From an uncultured Candidatus Saccharibacteria bacterium (GTDB taxonomy: Bacteria > Patescibacteriota > Saccharimonadia > Saccharimonadales > Saccharimonadaceae): a stretch of DNA of 64,000 nt. The translations under genes and the position numbers were made by a program. The notes beneath the pieces are model-generated. The model saw only the letters and a list, made by a program, of their open reading frames with translations. It was not told the DNA's origin and did not search any database. This document shows positions 37,712 through 47,556 of the stretch, piece by piece (the first letter of the stretch is position 1; each line of letters begins with the position of its first letter). The stretch covers positions 25,322-89,321 of the forward strand of contig CAMIHP010000002.1 in NCBI GenBank assembly GCA_946222005.1, written 5' to 3'.

Positions 37712-38986
37712 ATGAGGAGAATCGATATAATCAAGCGAGCAGGGCGGAACCTACGCCAAGCCAAGGCTCGCACAGCACTAACAGCACTGGCGATGTCGGT
37801 GGGGGCATTTACAATTGGTTTGGCGCTGATGCTGGGCAATGGCGGCCGGGCTTTCTTAACCTCGGTGATTGATAGTGCCGGTAGTGCCTCGACGGTGTAT
37901 GTGACGCATGCCCGTAACGAAAAGAAATTACCTGAATATGGCAAAGATAAGGCGGTGAATGAGAGCGGTACCCTCGTGCTGAACGATGATGATATAGCCA
38001 AGCTCAGCAAGCTTGATCACGTCAAGACGGTGCGGCCGTACGCGAATGTGACCCAAGTGGTGCGCTATGTAGAGAGCCCGGCCAACCACAAGCGGCTGAT
38101 TGCCTCGATTAACGTCAAAAATGAGGGCAAAACATCGAAGATTGTGGCCGGTGAGTTGACGAAGACTGATGATGGCACAGACCTCGTGCCTGGCCAAGCC
38201 ATCCTGGCCAAGGAATATTTGGCTGACTTTGGCTTTGCCTCGGCCCAGGATGCAATCGGCAAGACGGTGACGCTCCATGCTAAGGGGCCGGGCGGGACGC
38301 ATGATGTGCAGCTGACTATTGTGGCGGTCGAAACAGCCGGTATGGCCTCGATTGGCTACCAGCCTGGTGTGACGATTGCGACTGATGATGCACTGCTTAT
38401 CAACCAAAAGACCAAAGCTCCCGGCGCAGCTAACCAGTACCCAAGCGTCGTGGTACGGGCAGATAGCGATGATCATGCTGCTGCTGTGAAAGACGCAGTC
38501 GTCAAGCTCGGTGGTGGTACCTACCAAGCCCAGACCTTTACTGAAGCGAAGGAAGGTATGCTCAGTCTCATCAATGGGGCGCAGTACGGCCTGCTCGCCT
38601 TTGGTGCTCTCGCCTTGCTGGCTAGTATGTTTGGGATCATTAACACCATGTATATCTCGGTACTGGAGCGGACGCAGCAGATTGGCCTGATGAAGGCGCT
38701 GGGGATGCGTAGCCGTGATGTTGGTAAGCTCTTTCGCTACGAGGCTGCCCTGATTGGCGTCATCGGTGGTGCGATTGGTGCGGGCGGGGCTAGCCTACTG
38801 AGCCTGCTCAACCCATGGATCGTTGAGAAGCTCAAGTTTGAGGAGGGTATGCAGCTGCTTCTACCGGAAGCCTGGCAGATGGTCGCCCTCGTGGCTCTAC
38901 TAGCTATCCTCGGCATTATTGCCAGCTACTTACCAAGCCGCAAGGCAACCAAGCTTGACCCAATCGAGGCACTAAGGACGGAATAG
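37712..38986 (+). CDS. ABC transporter permease, FtsX/MacB-like, with an extracytoplasmic domain.
   Basis: N-terminal TM, roughly 250-aa extracytoplasmic domain, and three C-terminal TMs (FtsX-like fold). Confidence 0.8.
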   Translation: MRRIDIIKRAGRNLRQAKARTALTALAMSVGAFTIGLALMLGNGGRAFLTSVIDSAGSASTVYVTHARNEKKLPEYGKDKAVNESGTLVLNDDDIAKLSKLDHVKTVRPYANVTQVVRYVESPANHKRLIASINVKNEGKTSKIVAGELTKTDDGTDLVPGQAILAKEYLADFGFASAQDAIGKTVTLHAKGPGGTHDVQLTIVAVETAGMASIGYQPGVTIATDDALLINQKTKAPGAANQYPSVVVRADSDDHAAAVKDAVVKLGGGTYQAQTFTEAKEGMLSLINGAQYGLLAFGALALLASMFGIINTMYISVLERTQQIGLMKALGMRSRDVGKLFRYEAALIGVIGGAIGAGGASLLSLLNPWIVEKLKFEEGMQLLLPEAWQMVALVALLAILGIIASYLPSRKATKLDPIEALRTE

Positions 38987-39001
38987 AATAAGGAGAAGGA
39001 C

Positions 39002-39688
39002 ATGATTGAACTACGGCATATTACCAAAACCTATGGCAAAAAGCACAACCAATTTAAGGCACTCAATGACATCAACCTCACCATCCCTGGAGGCGCGAGC
39101 GTAGCCATCCTCGGCAAATCTGGCTCGGGTAAGTCCACCCTGATGCACGCTATCTCTGGCCTGGACCGGCCGCAAACGGGGCAAGTGGTGATCGGCGGGC
39201 GAGATATCCTGCAGATGAAGCCGCGGCAGGTTGATGCCTTCCGGGCACGGACGATTAGCTTTATCTTCCAGAGTTTCTTTGTCGAGGGTAATGACAGCGT
39301 GGTGAGCAATGTGATGCTGCCGCTGGAGATCGCTGGTGTGCCACGAGCGCAACGCAGCGCCAAGGTAAACCAGGCGCTCGAGGCGGTTGGCCTGGCCAGC
39401 AAAAAGCACAATAAGGCTAAGGATCTGTCCGGTGGGCAGAAGCAGCGTCTGGCGATTGCCCGAGCAATCGTGGGCGAGCCGAAGATCCTGTTTGCCGATG
39501 AGCCAACTGGCAACCTGGATAGCGAGACGGGTACCCAGATCGAGGAGCTGCTCTTTCGCCAGCAGCGTGAGCATGGCACAACGCTGATTATTGTGACGCA
39601 CGATGCGGATCTGGCTAAGCAATGTGACTACCAAGTGGTGATCAAAGACGGGCGTGTCACACGCCATAACATCCCAGGAGGGCACTGA
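39002..39688 (+). CDS. ABC transporter ATP-binding protein (MacB/LolD-like).
   Basis: 'GKSGSGKSTLMH', 'LSGGQKQRLAIARAI', 'LFADEPTGNLD'. Confidence 0.9.
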   Translation: MIELRHITKTYGKKHNQFKALNDINLTIPGGASVAILGKSGSGKSTLMHAISGLDRPQTGQVVIGGRDILQMKPRQVDAFRARTISFIFQSFFVEGNDSVVSNVMLPLEIAGVPRAQRSAKVNQALEAVGLASKKHNKAKDLSGGQKQRLAIARAIVGEPKILFADEPTGNLDSETGTQIEELLFRQQREHGTTLIIVTHDADLAKQCDYQVVIKDGRVTRHNIPGGH

Positions 39689-40017
39689 TGAATGCAACTG
39701 ACTATGCCGAGGCGCTGACGACGCAGCTGCGCAAAGGCTTCTTATCGTACTGCGTGCTGGTGGTGTGTGCCAAGGAGTCACGCTACACCAGCGAGATCAT
39801 CCAGCAGCTCCGTCAGGCTGACCTGATGGTGGTGGAGGGGACGATCTACCCATTACTGAGTCGCTTGCAAAAGGACGGGCTCTTGCAACACGAATGGAAA
39901 GAAAGTGAGCAAGGGCCACCACGCAAATACTATACGGCCACACCATTTGGCGCAGAGGTAACCAAGCAGCTCAAACATAATATTGCGGCACTAAGTAGTA
40001 CAATAGAGAAGTTGTAA
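39688..40017 (+). CDS. PadR-family transcriptional regulator.
   Basis: 'YCVLVVCAKESRYTSEIIQQL...GTIYPLLSRLQKDGLL...KYY', the PadR winged-helix signature. 1-nt stop/start overlap with the ABC ATPase. Confidence 0.75.
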   Translation: MNATDYAEALTTQLRKGFLSYCVLVVCAKESRYTSEIIQQLRQADLMVVEGTIYPLLSRLQKDGLLQHEWKESEQGPPRKYYTATPFGAEVTKQLKHNIAALSSTIEKL

Positions 40018-40029
40018 GGAGGATATCTC

Positions 40030-41316
40030 ATGAAGGAAATTACCAATATCCACCTCGCCAAGACGCCATTTCGTGTTGAGGTTGAGGCAAAACACGCACT
40101 GGGAGCGTATCTGACGTCGATTCAGCAGCGGATGCATGCCGAGCCAGAAGCAATGCGTGAGATCGAAGCGCGGATGGTTGAGCTGCTTGCCGAGCGCGGT
40201 GTGACGCGCGATGGTGTGGTGACTGCTGAGGATGTCACAGCGCTGCGCGGTCAGATGGGTGAACCTCGAGAGTTTGCCAGTGAAGCCGAGGCGGGAGATG
40301 ACGATGCTGCGCTGCAAGACGCGGCTGAGGCGGCTCTCGCGGACGGGGCACCCAAGCAGCTGATGCGCGATACAAATCATGCGTTGATCGGTGGGGTGTG
40401 TGCTGGGGTAGCGGCATACTTTGGAATTAGCCCGCTGTGGATTCGCTTGCTGGCGGTCGTCTCACCTTTTATGACGTTTGGGACGGCGCTGCTGATCTAT
40501 ATCGTGATGTGGCTTTCTATTCCACCAGCAGTGACTGCGTCGGATAAGCTGCGTATGGCCGGTAAGCCAGTGACGTTTGATAGCTTAAAAAAAGCCGCTG
40601 CCGAGCCTGCCGGTGGTAGCCAAGCGGCCCAGACTGCGGCGAAGGTGCTGCGCATTATGATTGGCTGTGGGGTCTTGATGATGGCGCTGGGTGCACTCAT
40701 CACATTGATGGTCGGTGGCGTCATGAGCGCGACTATGGTCTCAAGCATGGGCGACTTTGCTGCGCAGAGCTGGCTGTGGTTGGCGTATGGCTGTGCAGTG
40801 CTCGGCGGCGTGGCTCTGACTGCTTTGCTCTCACTTGGTGCATGGAGTATCTTTGCCTGGCGGCTGAAGCGGCCGGTTGGTATTGCGATGCTAGCGATGC
40901 TCCTCGTTGGGGCGGTTGCTATCTCTGGCCTAGCGGTTGGTGGCATGAATGCGGGGATGAGTCTCGACCGCCAAATGCGCGACGTGCAGCGCACCAAGGT
41001 AGTTGACATAGCCGATGCCACCACAGTGCGTGTCGATGGGACAACTCGGGCGAGCTATGGCGGCTATGCCGAGAAGCCACGCGTTGAGGTAGATTACTTG
41101 CAGATGAAAGGTGTCAAAGAGCCAACAGCGACGATTACCAAGGAAGGCAGCCGGGCTATTGTGACCGTGCAGCATGATGCCTGCCGTGATCGCCATGGTC
41201 TCTACTCGACGTGTACCTACTCGCCCAAGGATTATGTGAGCGTCCGCGTTTATGGGCCGTCGCCACAGATGATGGAGGTGGACCATCGCCCTAATGTGGT
41301 GACTGATCGGTCGTAG
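40030..41316 (+). CDS. PspC-domain membrane protein with an extended C-terminal extracytoplasmic region.
   Basis: 'NHALIGGVCAGVAAYFGISPLWIRLLAVV' PspC domain, followed by several TM helices and a C-terminal soluble domain. Confidence 0.7.
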   Translation: MKEITNIHLAKTPFRVEVEAKHALGAYLTSIQQRMHAEPEAMREIEARMVELLAERGVTRDGVVTAEDVTALRGQMGEPREFASEAEAGDDDAALQDAAEAALADGAPKQLMRDTNHALIGGVCAGVAAYFGISPLWIRLLAVVSPFMTFGTALLIYIVMWLSIPPAVTASDKLRMAGKPVTFDSLKKAAAEPAGGSQAAQTAAKVLRIMIGCGVLMMALGALITLMVGGVMSATMVSSMGDFAAQSWLWLAYGCAVLGGVALTALLSLGAWSIFAWRLKRPVGIAMLAMLLVGAVAISGLAVGGMNAGMSLDRQMRDVQRTKVVDIADATTVRVDGTTRASYGGYAEKPRVEVDYLQMKGVKEPTATITKEGSRAIVTVQHDACRDRHGLYSTCTYSPKDYVSVRVYGPSPQMMEVDHRPNVVTDRS

Positions 41317-41336
41317 CTGCGGTGAGGATAAACACT

Positions 41337-41365
41337 AAAACCCGCTTGCATGAGCGGGTTTTTAT
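41337..41365 (+). terminator. Rho-independent terminator after the PspC-domain gene.
   Basis: aaaacccgcttgcatgagcgggttttt. Confidence 0.75.
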
Positions 41366-41464
41366 ATGTTTTTGTTTTTTGGGTAGAGGGGAAGCAGAGA
41401 AGCATGCGATGGGCCGCGTCTTGGTCGGTATGGCGATTTACCTCACCTTTGCTATACTAGAGGT

Positions 41465-42475
41465 ATGAGTCAGTCGTCGTCTTCCCAGGTTTTGAGCCCA
41501 TCGGCGCTTGCGATGGTAGCGCAGCACTGTAAGGTGGCGCGCGATCAGGTGCGGGTGGTGCCAATTGACGGCGCGTCAACCGGGTGTCGACGAGCTGTTG
41601 CACTGGCTGGGACGCAGTCGGTGTTTGTCAAGGAAGCTGATCCAGAAGCTTCGAACCACGCTGCATTGGCGGCGGCTCTGAGCAAAGATGATGCGGTGAT
41701 TCGGGCACTGCAGCAGGTCAGTTCGCCTCTGGTGACGGAGTTTGTTCAGTATGATGATGAGCGGGTGATTATGCTTAGCCAGGCGTATATTGCCAAGGAT
41801 GGCTGGCAGTGGCAGCCGCCTGATGCGGCGGATAAGCTGGCTAGTCAGCGCTATATAGCGGCGGTGCTGCGGGCGATTGCCCAGCTTGAGCAAACTAAGC
41901 TGCCCAAGGCGGCGGCTGAGACGCTTGCGCTCCATGCTACGGCGTTTGACCGGGTGGTGCAGTGCCAGGGGCTTATGCTACTTCGCGATGATGCGACGCG
42001 GCGCGAGGAGCTCCAGCAGACGTACCGCTCCTGGGCCGAGCAAGCTAGTAAGCCAGTGATTCGCCAGCGCTACGAGCAATTTTGCGCTGTGCTTGATAAT
42101 ACTGAGCGCTTAGCTGATCTCGCGGCGCTAGCTCAGCAGGTAGCCGACCAGCCGTGTGATCAGTTGAGCCATGGCGATGTGCGGAGTGAGACGATTGCCT
42201 ACCATGCCGCCCAGGATATGGTGAAGCTGATTGATTGGCAGTGGGCGGCCTATGTGCCAAGGCGGTGGAGTGCAACTGAGTTCTTGCTCGACATGGCGCG
42301 CCGCGGCTACGATGTGCAGGCCTGGCAGGCTGAGCTGAACCGGCCGCTACTTGCTGCTCTAGTGGGGTACTATGCCGTGTGCAGCGCCCAGCCTGCTCCT
42401 GAGGCAGCTCAAGCAGTGCGGCGGCTCCAGGCGTATATGGCAGCCACGGCGTATGATATGCTGGGCTATGAGTAG
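41465..42475 (+). CDS. Phosphotransferase-family (APH/choline-kinase-like) protein, hypothetical.
   Basis: 'LSHGDVRSETI...LIDWQWAAY' resembles the HGD..N / ID-(F/W) motifs of the APH-like fold. Confidence 0.4.
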   Translation: MSQSSSSQVLSPSALAMVAQHCKVARDQVRVVPIDGASTGCRRAVALAGTQSVFVKEADPEASNHAALAAALSKDDAVIRALQQVSSPLVTEFVQYDDERVIMLSQAYIAKDGWQWQPPDAADKLASQRYIAAVLRAIAQLEQTKLPKAAAETLALHATAFDRVVQCQGLMLLRDDATRREELQQTYRSWAEQASKPVIRQRYEQFCAVLDNTERLADLAALAQQVADQPCDQLSHGDVRSETIAYHAAQDMVKLIDWQWAAYVPRRWSATEFLLDMARRGYDVQAWQAELNRPLLAALVGYYAVCSAQPAPEAAQAVRRLQAYMAATAYDMLGYE

Positions 42476-42639
42476 CTGACTGGTTGATGGATGCTGAGTT
42501 GGTTGCGACAAAAGTACTTATACGCGTCTAATTTTAGAGTAGCGCATTAACATGCGTCAAACACATGTAATTCTCCAGAAGATAGCAGATGAATGTTTTT
42601 TACAGCAGGTGTATAACACCAGTTTTATACAATAATGCA

Positions 42640-43875
42640 TCATTGATATGAGCGTAAAACTACCTTGAGGGTGTGTTTCTTACCAACACGCAAAATGTCA
42701 TCGTTAGCAAGTGGTGTATCTTCACTGGAAATTTTGGAGTCATTGATCTTCACGGCATTTTGCTTAATGAGCCGTCTGGCCTCGCCGCGACTTTTTGTGA
42801 TGCCCAGTCGAACAATGATATCGATAATTGACTCATGGGCATCCACCTGAACGATGTCAATATCCTTGGCAAGATTCTTCTGACTCACCTCAGAGACCCA
42901 TTGCTGCTCAGCATCAACGGCGGCGCTCGCTCCGTGGTACATTGACACTATCTCTCGAGCAAGATCCTTTTTGATATCGCGTGGGTTTTCTCCGTCGTTG
43001 AGCCGACTTTTAATTACAGCAATCTCACTCATAGACAGGCGCGTACAATCCACAAAACACTGGTAAATACCCGCATCCGCCAGCTGCATGATTTTAAAGA
43101 ACATATCTTTGGCATTCAGATCGAGACCCACACCGGTGCCAAGGCTTTTGCTCATTAATTTTTCGCCGGTTTCTGGGTTTTCGAGCAGTGTGGTTGTCAT
43201 GACAAACTTTTCTTTTTGCTTGTAGCGCTTGAGTAATGTACGGCCAGCCAGCATATTGAATGTTTGGTCGGTGCCACCAATCTCTACATCAACATCCATT
43301 GCCACGGAATCGTAGCCCTGCATCAGCGGATAGAAGAACTCATGGACGAAGAGTGGCTTCTCGGCAGCGACTCGCTTTTTGAACGCATCGCGCTCTAGCA
43401 TCTGCTGCACGGTAAAGTTGGAGGCAAGCTCCACAGAATCTTCAAATGTTAGCTTGGAGAGCCACTCCGAATTAAACTGGAATTCTATCGGGTTGTCGAT
43501 ATCGTTAAAGTCTAGAATCTTGCCAATTTGTGCCTTAAATGTCTGCAGGTTCTCCAGCACTTGTTCACGTGTTAGCTGCACGCGCATCGAAGTCTTATCG
43601 CTCGGATCACCGATCATGGCGGTAAAGTCGCCAATTAGCACAATAATCCGGTGGCCAAGAGCGTGGAACCGTTCGAGTATCAGATAATTTGTTGAGTGCC
43701 CAAGATGAACATAGTTCGCAGTTGGGTCAATACCAAGATAGAATGTGAGGCGGCGGCCACTTTGTAGCTCCTTTTTGAGGCTATCTTTGCTCGGAAGAAT
43801 TTCGGCAACTGAGCGAGATAGCGCTTCATCGATCAAGTGTTCGTCGGTAATAACGTGGTGCGCTTGAGTATTCAT
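42640..43875 (-). CDS. tyrS: Tyrosine--tRNA ligase.
   Basis: HIGH motif 'HLGH', 'KLMSKS' KMSKS motif, and a C-terminal S4-like domain. Start chosen at 'MNTQAHH'. Confidence 0.9.
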   Translation of the reverse strand: MNTQAHHVITDEHLIDEALSRSVAEILPSKDSLKKELQSGRRLTFYLGIDPTANYVHLGHSTNYLILERFHALGHRIIVLIGDFTAMIGDPSDKTSMRVQLTREQVLENLQTFKAQIGKILDFNDIDNPIEFQFNSEWLSKLTFEDSVELASNFTVQQMLERDAFKKRVAAEKPLFVHEFFYPLMQGYDSVAMDVDVEIGGTDQTFNMLAGRTLLKRYKQKEKFVMTTTLLENPETGEKLMSKSLGTGVGLDLNAKDMFFKIMQLADAGIYQCFVDCTRLSMSEIAVIKSRLNDGENPRDIKKDLAREIVSMYHGASAAVDAEQQWVSEVSQKNLAKDIDIVQVDAHESIIDIIVRLGITKSRGEARRLIKQNAVKINDSKISSEDTPLANDDILRVGKKHTLKVVLRSYQ

Positions 43876-44098
43876 GTATAGTATTTTACTACATACGAGA
43901 AGAGATAAAAAACTGAACATGCCTTGAGATCACTTGTTATGTGCCGCTGGAGCCCTATGATTTACGGTGTATCATAATGTGAAAGGGAACTGTGAGTGTG
44001 CAAATGTCTTGTTTATACATGGATGTATGACATCGCTTGTACTACTTATGCTACGGTTGATGGTAGTGCTAGGTCTGAAGATACACTACAATAATAAT

Positions 44099-44638
44099 AT
44101 GAACCAAGAATGGAACGTTATAAGTCAAAAGAAGTTGGTCGACTCGTCGTGGTACAAGCTCAATATTGAAACCGTCAGGCTCCCGTCAGGCAAAGTCCTC
44201 GATGATTATTACGTGCGAGAGGGTATGAACGCCGTTTTGATCGTTCCACGCACTCATGAAGGCAAATTTTTACTGGTGCGTCAGTACAAACACGGAGCGC
44301 AGCAAAGTGTTATAGAATTTCCTGCGGGTAAGATTGATGCGGGTGAATCTGCTTTAATTGCTGCAAAAAGGGAATTATATGAAGAGACTGGAGGCACCTC
44401 CAGTCTTTTTGTAGAGGGACCTACATTTTTTGAGGACCCTACAAATAGCCGTGTCAAGATAGCGATCGTCTTTGCTGATAATGTCACTATAAAGCATAGG
44501 CAACATCTTGACGATAATGAGGATATTGAAGTAATACAGCTAACAACTGACGAGCTACGAACTATGCTTATGAACAATGAGCTATCTGTGGCAGCATCCG
44601 TAGCAGCAGGTTGGATAGCACTAGAGAGGAGATGGTAA
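44099..44638 (+). CDS. NUDIX hydrolase (ADP-ribose pyrophosphatase-like), low GC.
   Basis: Nudix box 'GKIDAGESALIAAKRELYEETG'. The longest ORF starts at 43967, but its first 44 aa look non-coding. Confidence 0.65.
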   Translation: MNQEWNVISQKKLVDSSWYKLNIETVRLPSGKVLDDYYVREGMNAVLIVPRTHEGKFLLVRQYKHGAQQSVIEFPAGKIDAGESALIAAKRELYEETGGTSSLFVEGPTFFEDPTNSRVKIAIVFADNVTIKHRQHLDDNEDIEVIQLTTDELRTMLMNNELSVAASVAAGWIALERRW

Positions 44639-44848
44639 CATGAATACATACGAGTCTGGGACAATAAACCAGGTATTGAAAAAAGCAAACTGATGATTGA
44701 GGTGATTGATAAGGAATGAGGAGTAGGACGGAGACTGTTTATCGATATGGTATCTAGACAGATATAACTCATAAAAGGGAAAATCAGAAGTTCTATATTC
44801 GTGCTAGAATAGTCAGAGAGTAGGAAGTAGGGGGTGAGGGTAGAAAAT

Positions 44849-45610
44849 ATGCCCAAGAAGAAACTAAATAATAATACCAAACTAAGCTTCCGTACCATTC
44901 TTCTCCGTAGTATTCTCTATGTAATTGGTGTACCAACAGTCATCATGCTTCTCCTTGTTGGCGGATTCTATCTCAAATTATGTGCTGAAGCTAGCCAAGC
45001 TCAAGCAGCAATGAAAACATATCTACATAGTAAATATGGTGAAGAATTTATCGTCGAACGACCAGAAAAGAATGGAAGCGGGCTCGGTGTAGAAGGGTGG
45101 TTTGAAGCAACAGCCTACCCGAAGAATCACACAGACATCCGCTTCATTGTTATGCTGTCATCCTCAGGGAAGCATGATGGCTATGCTGGTGCTGTATGGT
45201 CAAAAGAAGAGACTGATCGACTCAAACCTATTATTCAGCGTATCTTTAGTAAAGATGTAGTGTATAGTGTAACCATCCAATCGTCTATGACGCTACAAAC
45301 GAAAGATATACAAGTTGACGGTGTAATACCACGTTTTACACAAGCGGCGGCACAATATAAGCAGCAAATTCCATATAATATCACTATTCAAAAAACACAC
45401 CAAACACGAGAATATCAGGAAAAAATGCGCATCGTCGATAATCTTAAAGAGCTTGCAAAGGATCTGCCAGATACCGTTGACACTACTATTCGCTACCAAG
45501 CACAAACATCTGGAGGTAAGAAGTTTGATTTAGATATAACAATCATGGCATTAAAATCCACACCACAAGAAACATTAGTCACAATGTTTCAAGAAAAGGA
45601 GAGTCTATAA
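44849..45610 (+). CDS. Paralog 1 of a four-member family of type-II membrane-anchored proteins (conserved N-terminal TM anchor, divergent extracytoplasmic C-domain). Candidate immunity or variable surface protein.
   Basis: 'MPKKKLNNNTKLSFRTILLRSILYVIGVPTVIMLLLVGGFYLK' is shared almost identically with paralog 3, and clearly with paralogs 2 and 4. ATG preceded by a G-rich RBS. Confidence 0.6.
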   Translation: MPKKKLNNNTKLSFRTILLRSILYVIGVPTVIMLLLVGGFYLKLCAEASQAQAAMKTYLHSKYGEEFIVERPEKNGSGLGVEGWFEATAYPKNHTDIRFIVMLSSSGKHDGYAGAVWSKEETDRLKPIIQRIFSKDVVYSVTIQSSMTLQTKDIQVDGVIPRFTQAAAQYKQQIPYNITIQKTHQTREYQEKMRIVDNLKELAKDLPDTVDTTIRYQAQTSGGKKFDLDITIMALKSTPQETLVTMFQEKESL

Positions 45611-45612
45611 AT

Positions 45613-45684
45613 ATGAGCATAACAATAGAGCAATATCTTGCACTAAGTGCACTTGCCTATAAAATACAACCTTTAAAAGAATAA
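45613..45684 (+). pseudogene. Degenerate 5' fragment of the lipase/RTX gene (24 codons) trailing paralog 1.
   Basis: Translation 'MSITIEQYLALSALAYKIQPLKE*' against the lipase N-terminus 'MVKDEQFLTLSSLAYEPFSD'. The core 'EQYLALSALAY' matches 'EQFLTLSSLAY'. Confidence 0.55.
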
Positions 45685-45710
45685 CTAGAAAGTTCCATAA
45701 TTACACTACT

Positions 45711-45734
45711 AATAGTCGCGTAGCTAAAATAGGG
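45711..45734 (+). promoter_or_regulatory. Conserved upstream element of the paralog array (copy before paralog 2), containing a -10-like TAAAAT.
   Basis: 'aatagtcgcgtagctaaaataggg' here matches 'acaatagtcgcgtagccaaaaaatagggg' at 46751-46779, with a weaker 'agaatagtc' at about 44807. Confidence 0.4.
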
Positions 45735-45752
45735 ATCTTGAGAGCAGAAAAT

Positions 45753-46505
45753 ATGTCCAATAAAAAACCAAACGATAACAGCAAACTAAGCTTCCGCACC
45801 ATCCTCTTCCGTAGTATTCTCTACGTGATTATCATTCCGACAGTTATCATGTTGGTAATATTTGGTATATTCTACACAAAATCTACTATTGATGATCATA
45901 TTGCTCAATCACATATGCGGTCATACCTCAAACGTAAGTATGGCCAAGAATTTATAGTAGAGAATTATCGAATCGAGGGGGCTGGCCTTGGAGTAGATGG
46001 TGTTGCCAAGGCTGAGGCGTATGCTAAAAGTGACCACACGATTCGATTTATGGTGAAGGGGTTTCCGGGGGACAGTCCATACAGTAATAACTATTGGGAT
46101 GGATACCCCGATATGACATGGGCAAAACACCTCAAAAAGGATATTGATCCTATGATAAAAAACGTATTTGGTGCCGACACATCGCTCGCATCAATAGAAG
46201 TTTACAGTATACCTGCAGTGAACCAAAGGATAGGAAAAGAAATACCATTGTATCGTGATGCCTTCCAGCGATTTGGTAAAGATATACATGTCGCTGTACG
46301 TATAAAGAGTAGGGTTGTCCATAATGATGTAGCCGCACAGATATACCAGATAATCGTCAAGCTGCGAGAGTTCGGTGTGTCGCTATCTATTAATTATGAG
46401 AACCCCATGGTATATGTTGCATTAGTCGAAGAAACAAGTATACGCGGTATACATTCACCACAGGATGTAAGGAAATATATAGAAATGAAGGGGGAAAAGC
46501 TATGA
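45753..46505 (+). CDS. Paralog 2 of the membrane-anchored family.
   Basis: 'MSNKKPNDNSKLSFRTILFRSILYVIIIPTVIMLVIFGIFYTK'. The C-domain is divergent but alignable in patches with the other three paralogs. Confidence 0.6.
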   Translation: MSNKKPNDNSKLSFRTILFRSILYVIIIPTVIMLVIFGIFYTKSTIDDHIAQSHMRSYLKRKYGQEFIVENYRIEGAGLGVDGVAKAEAYAKSDHTIRFMVKGFPGDSPYSNNYWDGYPDMTWAKHLKKDIDPMIKNVFGADTSLASIEVYSIPAVNQRIGKEIPLYRDAFQRFGKDIHVAVRIKSRVVHNDVAAQIYQIIVKLREFGVSLSINYENPMVYVALVEETSIRGIHSPQDVRKYIEMKGEKL

Positions 46506-46543
46506 AAATAGAACAATGCTTGGTGTTAAGCTCATTATCTTAA
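46502..46543 (+). pseudogene. Second degenerate 5' fragment of the lipase gene (14 codons) trailing paralog 2.
   Basis: 'MKIEQCLVLSSLS*' against the lipase 'MVKDEQFLTLSSLAY'. Confidence 0.5.
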
Positions 46544-46750
46544 TAGTACATCCCTAAGTAGTTTTGCCTCTAGCAGCGAGAAGCCACCATTGAGGCGCTC
46601 ATAAAACAGGGAAAAATTGACAATTATCGCCATAGCGATGGATCTATTTCTCTCGAATGCAAACCCCTCTCCTCTCTCATATCTTGACACCTCATCAACG
46701 CTACGACTTTCAGAGTAAGAAGAATAACTCAATAGTTCTGCATTTGTGCT

Positions 46751-46779
46751 ACAATAGTCGCGTAGCCAAAAAATAGGGG
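46751..46779 (+). promoter_or_regulatory. Conserved upstream element of the paralog array (copy before paralog 3).
   Basis: A duplicate of the 45711-45734 element, including the TAGCCAAAAAAT -10-like box. Confidence 0.4.
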
Positions 46780-46797
46780 TTGTTGGGAGAAGAGAAT

Positions 46798-47538
46798 ATG
46801 TCCAAGAAGGAACTAAATAATAACACCAAACTAAGCTTCCGTACCATTCTTCTCCGTGGTATTCTCTATGTCATCATTATTCCAACGGCTGTTATGATTC
46901 TCCTTATTGGTGGATTCTATCTCAAGGCCGATATTGAGGCGAATCAAGCTCAAGCAACAATGAAAACTTATTTACAAAACAAATATAATGAGGAATTCAT
47001 CGTTGAGAAACCAGAGCGGAAGAGCAGTGGCCTCGGCGTAGAGGGAGTACTAGCTGCCAATGCTTACCCTATACGGGATCCTCATATACGATTTTCTGTA
47101 AACACCTCATCGAATGGCAATCAAGATAACTATCCAGGTGTAATATGGTCCCGCTCTCAGAATGATAAGTTAATAAAGGATCATATCATAAATAACTCAT
47201 GGGCGCAGACCGACATCACTGTCAGTCTTGCAGACAATACAGCACAGTCGCTGAGCGGTACACCTAAAACATACGAAGAAGCGATAGCGTCTTATGGAAA
47301 AGATATTCACTACATAATAAGTGTTAATCGTAATACAAATCAATTGGCTGTCGATAACCGGGATCGGTACTATCTCATAAGCCTTATTAGATATATCAAT
47401 CAGCAAAAAGTTGGCTACCGTATTATACATTACAGCATACATGATACGAAGATGGACGCAGACATAGTGTGCAATATACAGGTAGAAGGTACGCGTCTAT
47501 TAGATGAAAAACAAGCCAATGAATGCTTTAGAAAATAA
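46798..47538 (+). CDS. Paralog 3 of the membrane-anchored family.
   Basis: The first roughly 130 nt are near-identical to paralog 1 at the DNA level. The C-terminal domain is divergent. Confidence 0.6.
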   Translation: MSKKELNNNTKLSFRTILLRGILYVIIIPTAVMILLIGGFYLKADIEANQAQATMKTYLQNKYNEEFIVEKPERKSSGLGVEGVLAANAYPIRDPHIRFSVNTSSNGNQDNYPGVIWSRSQNDKLIKDHIINNSWAQTDITVSLADNTAQSLSGTPKTYEEAIASYGKDIHYIISVNRNTNQLAVDNRDRYYLISLIRYINQQKVGYRIIHYSIHDTKMDADIVCNIQVEGTRLLDEKQANECFRK

Positions 47539-47556
47539 GGGGTGGGGACAGAAAAC

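Noticed and set aside
43967-44098. N-terminal 44-aa extension of the Nudix ORF ('MYHNVKGNCECANV...')
   Set aside because: Cys/Leu-rich with no RBS. The Nudix domain alignment begins at the internal Met (44099). It was treated as non-coding leader.
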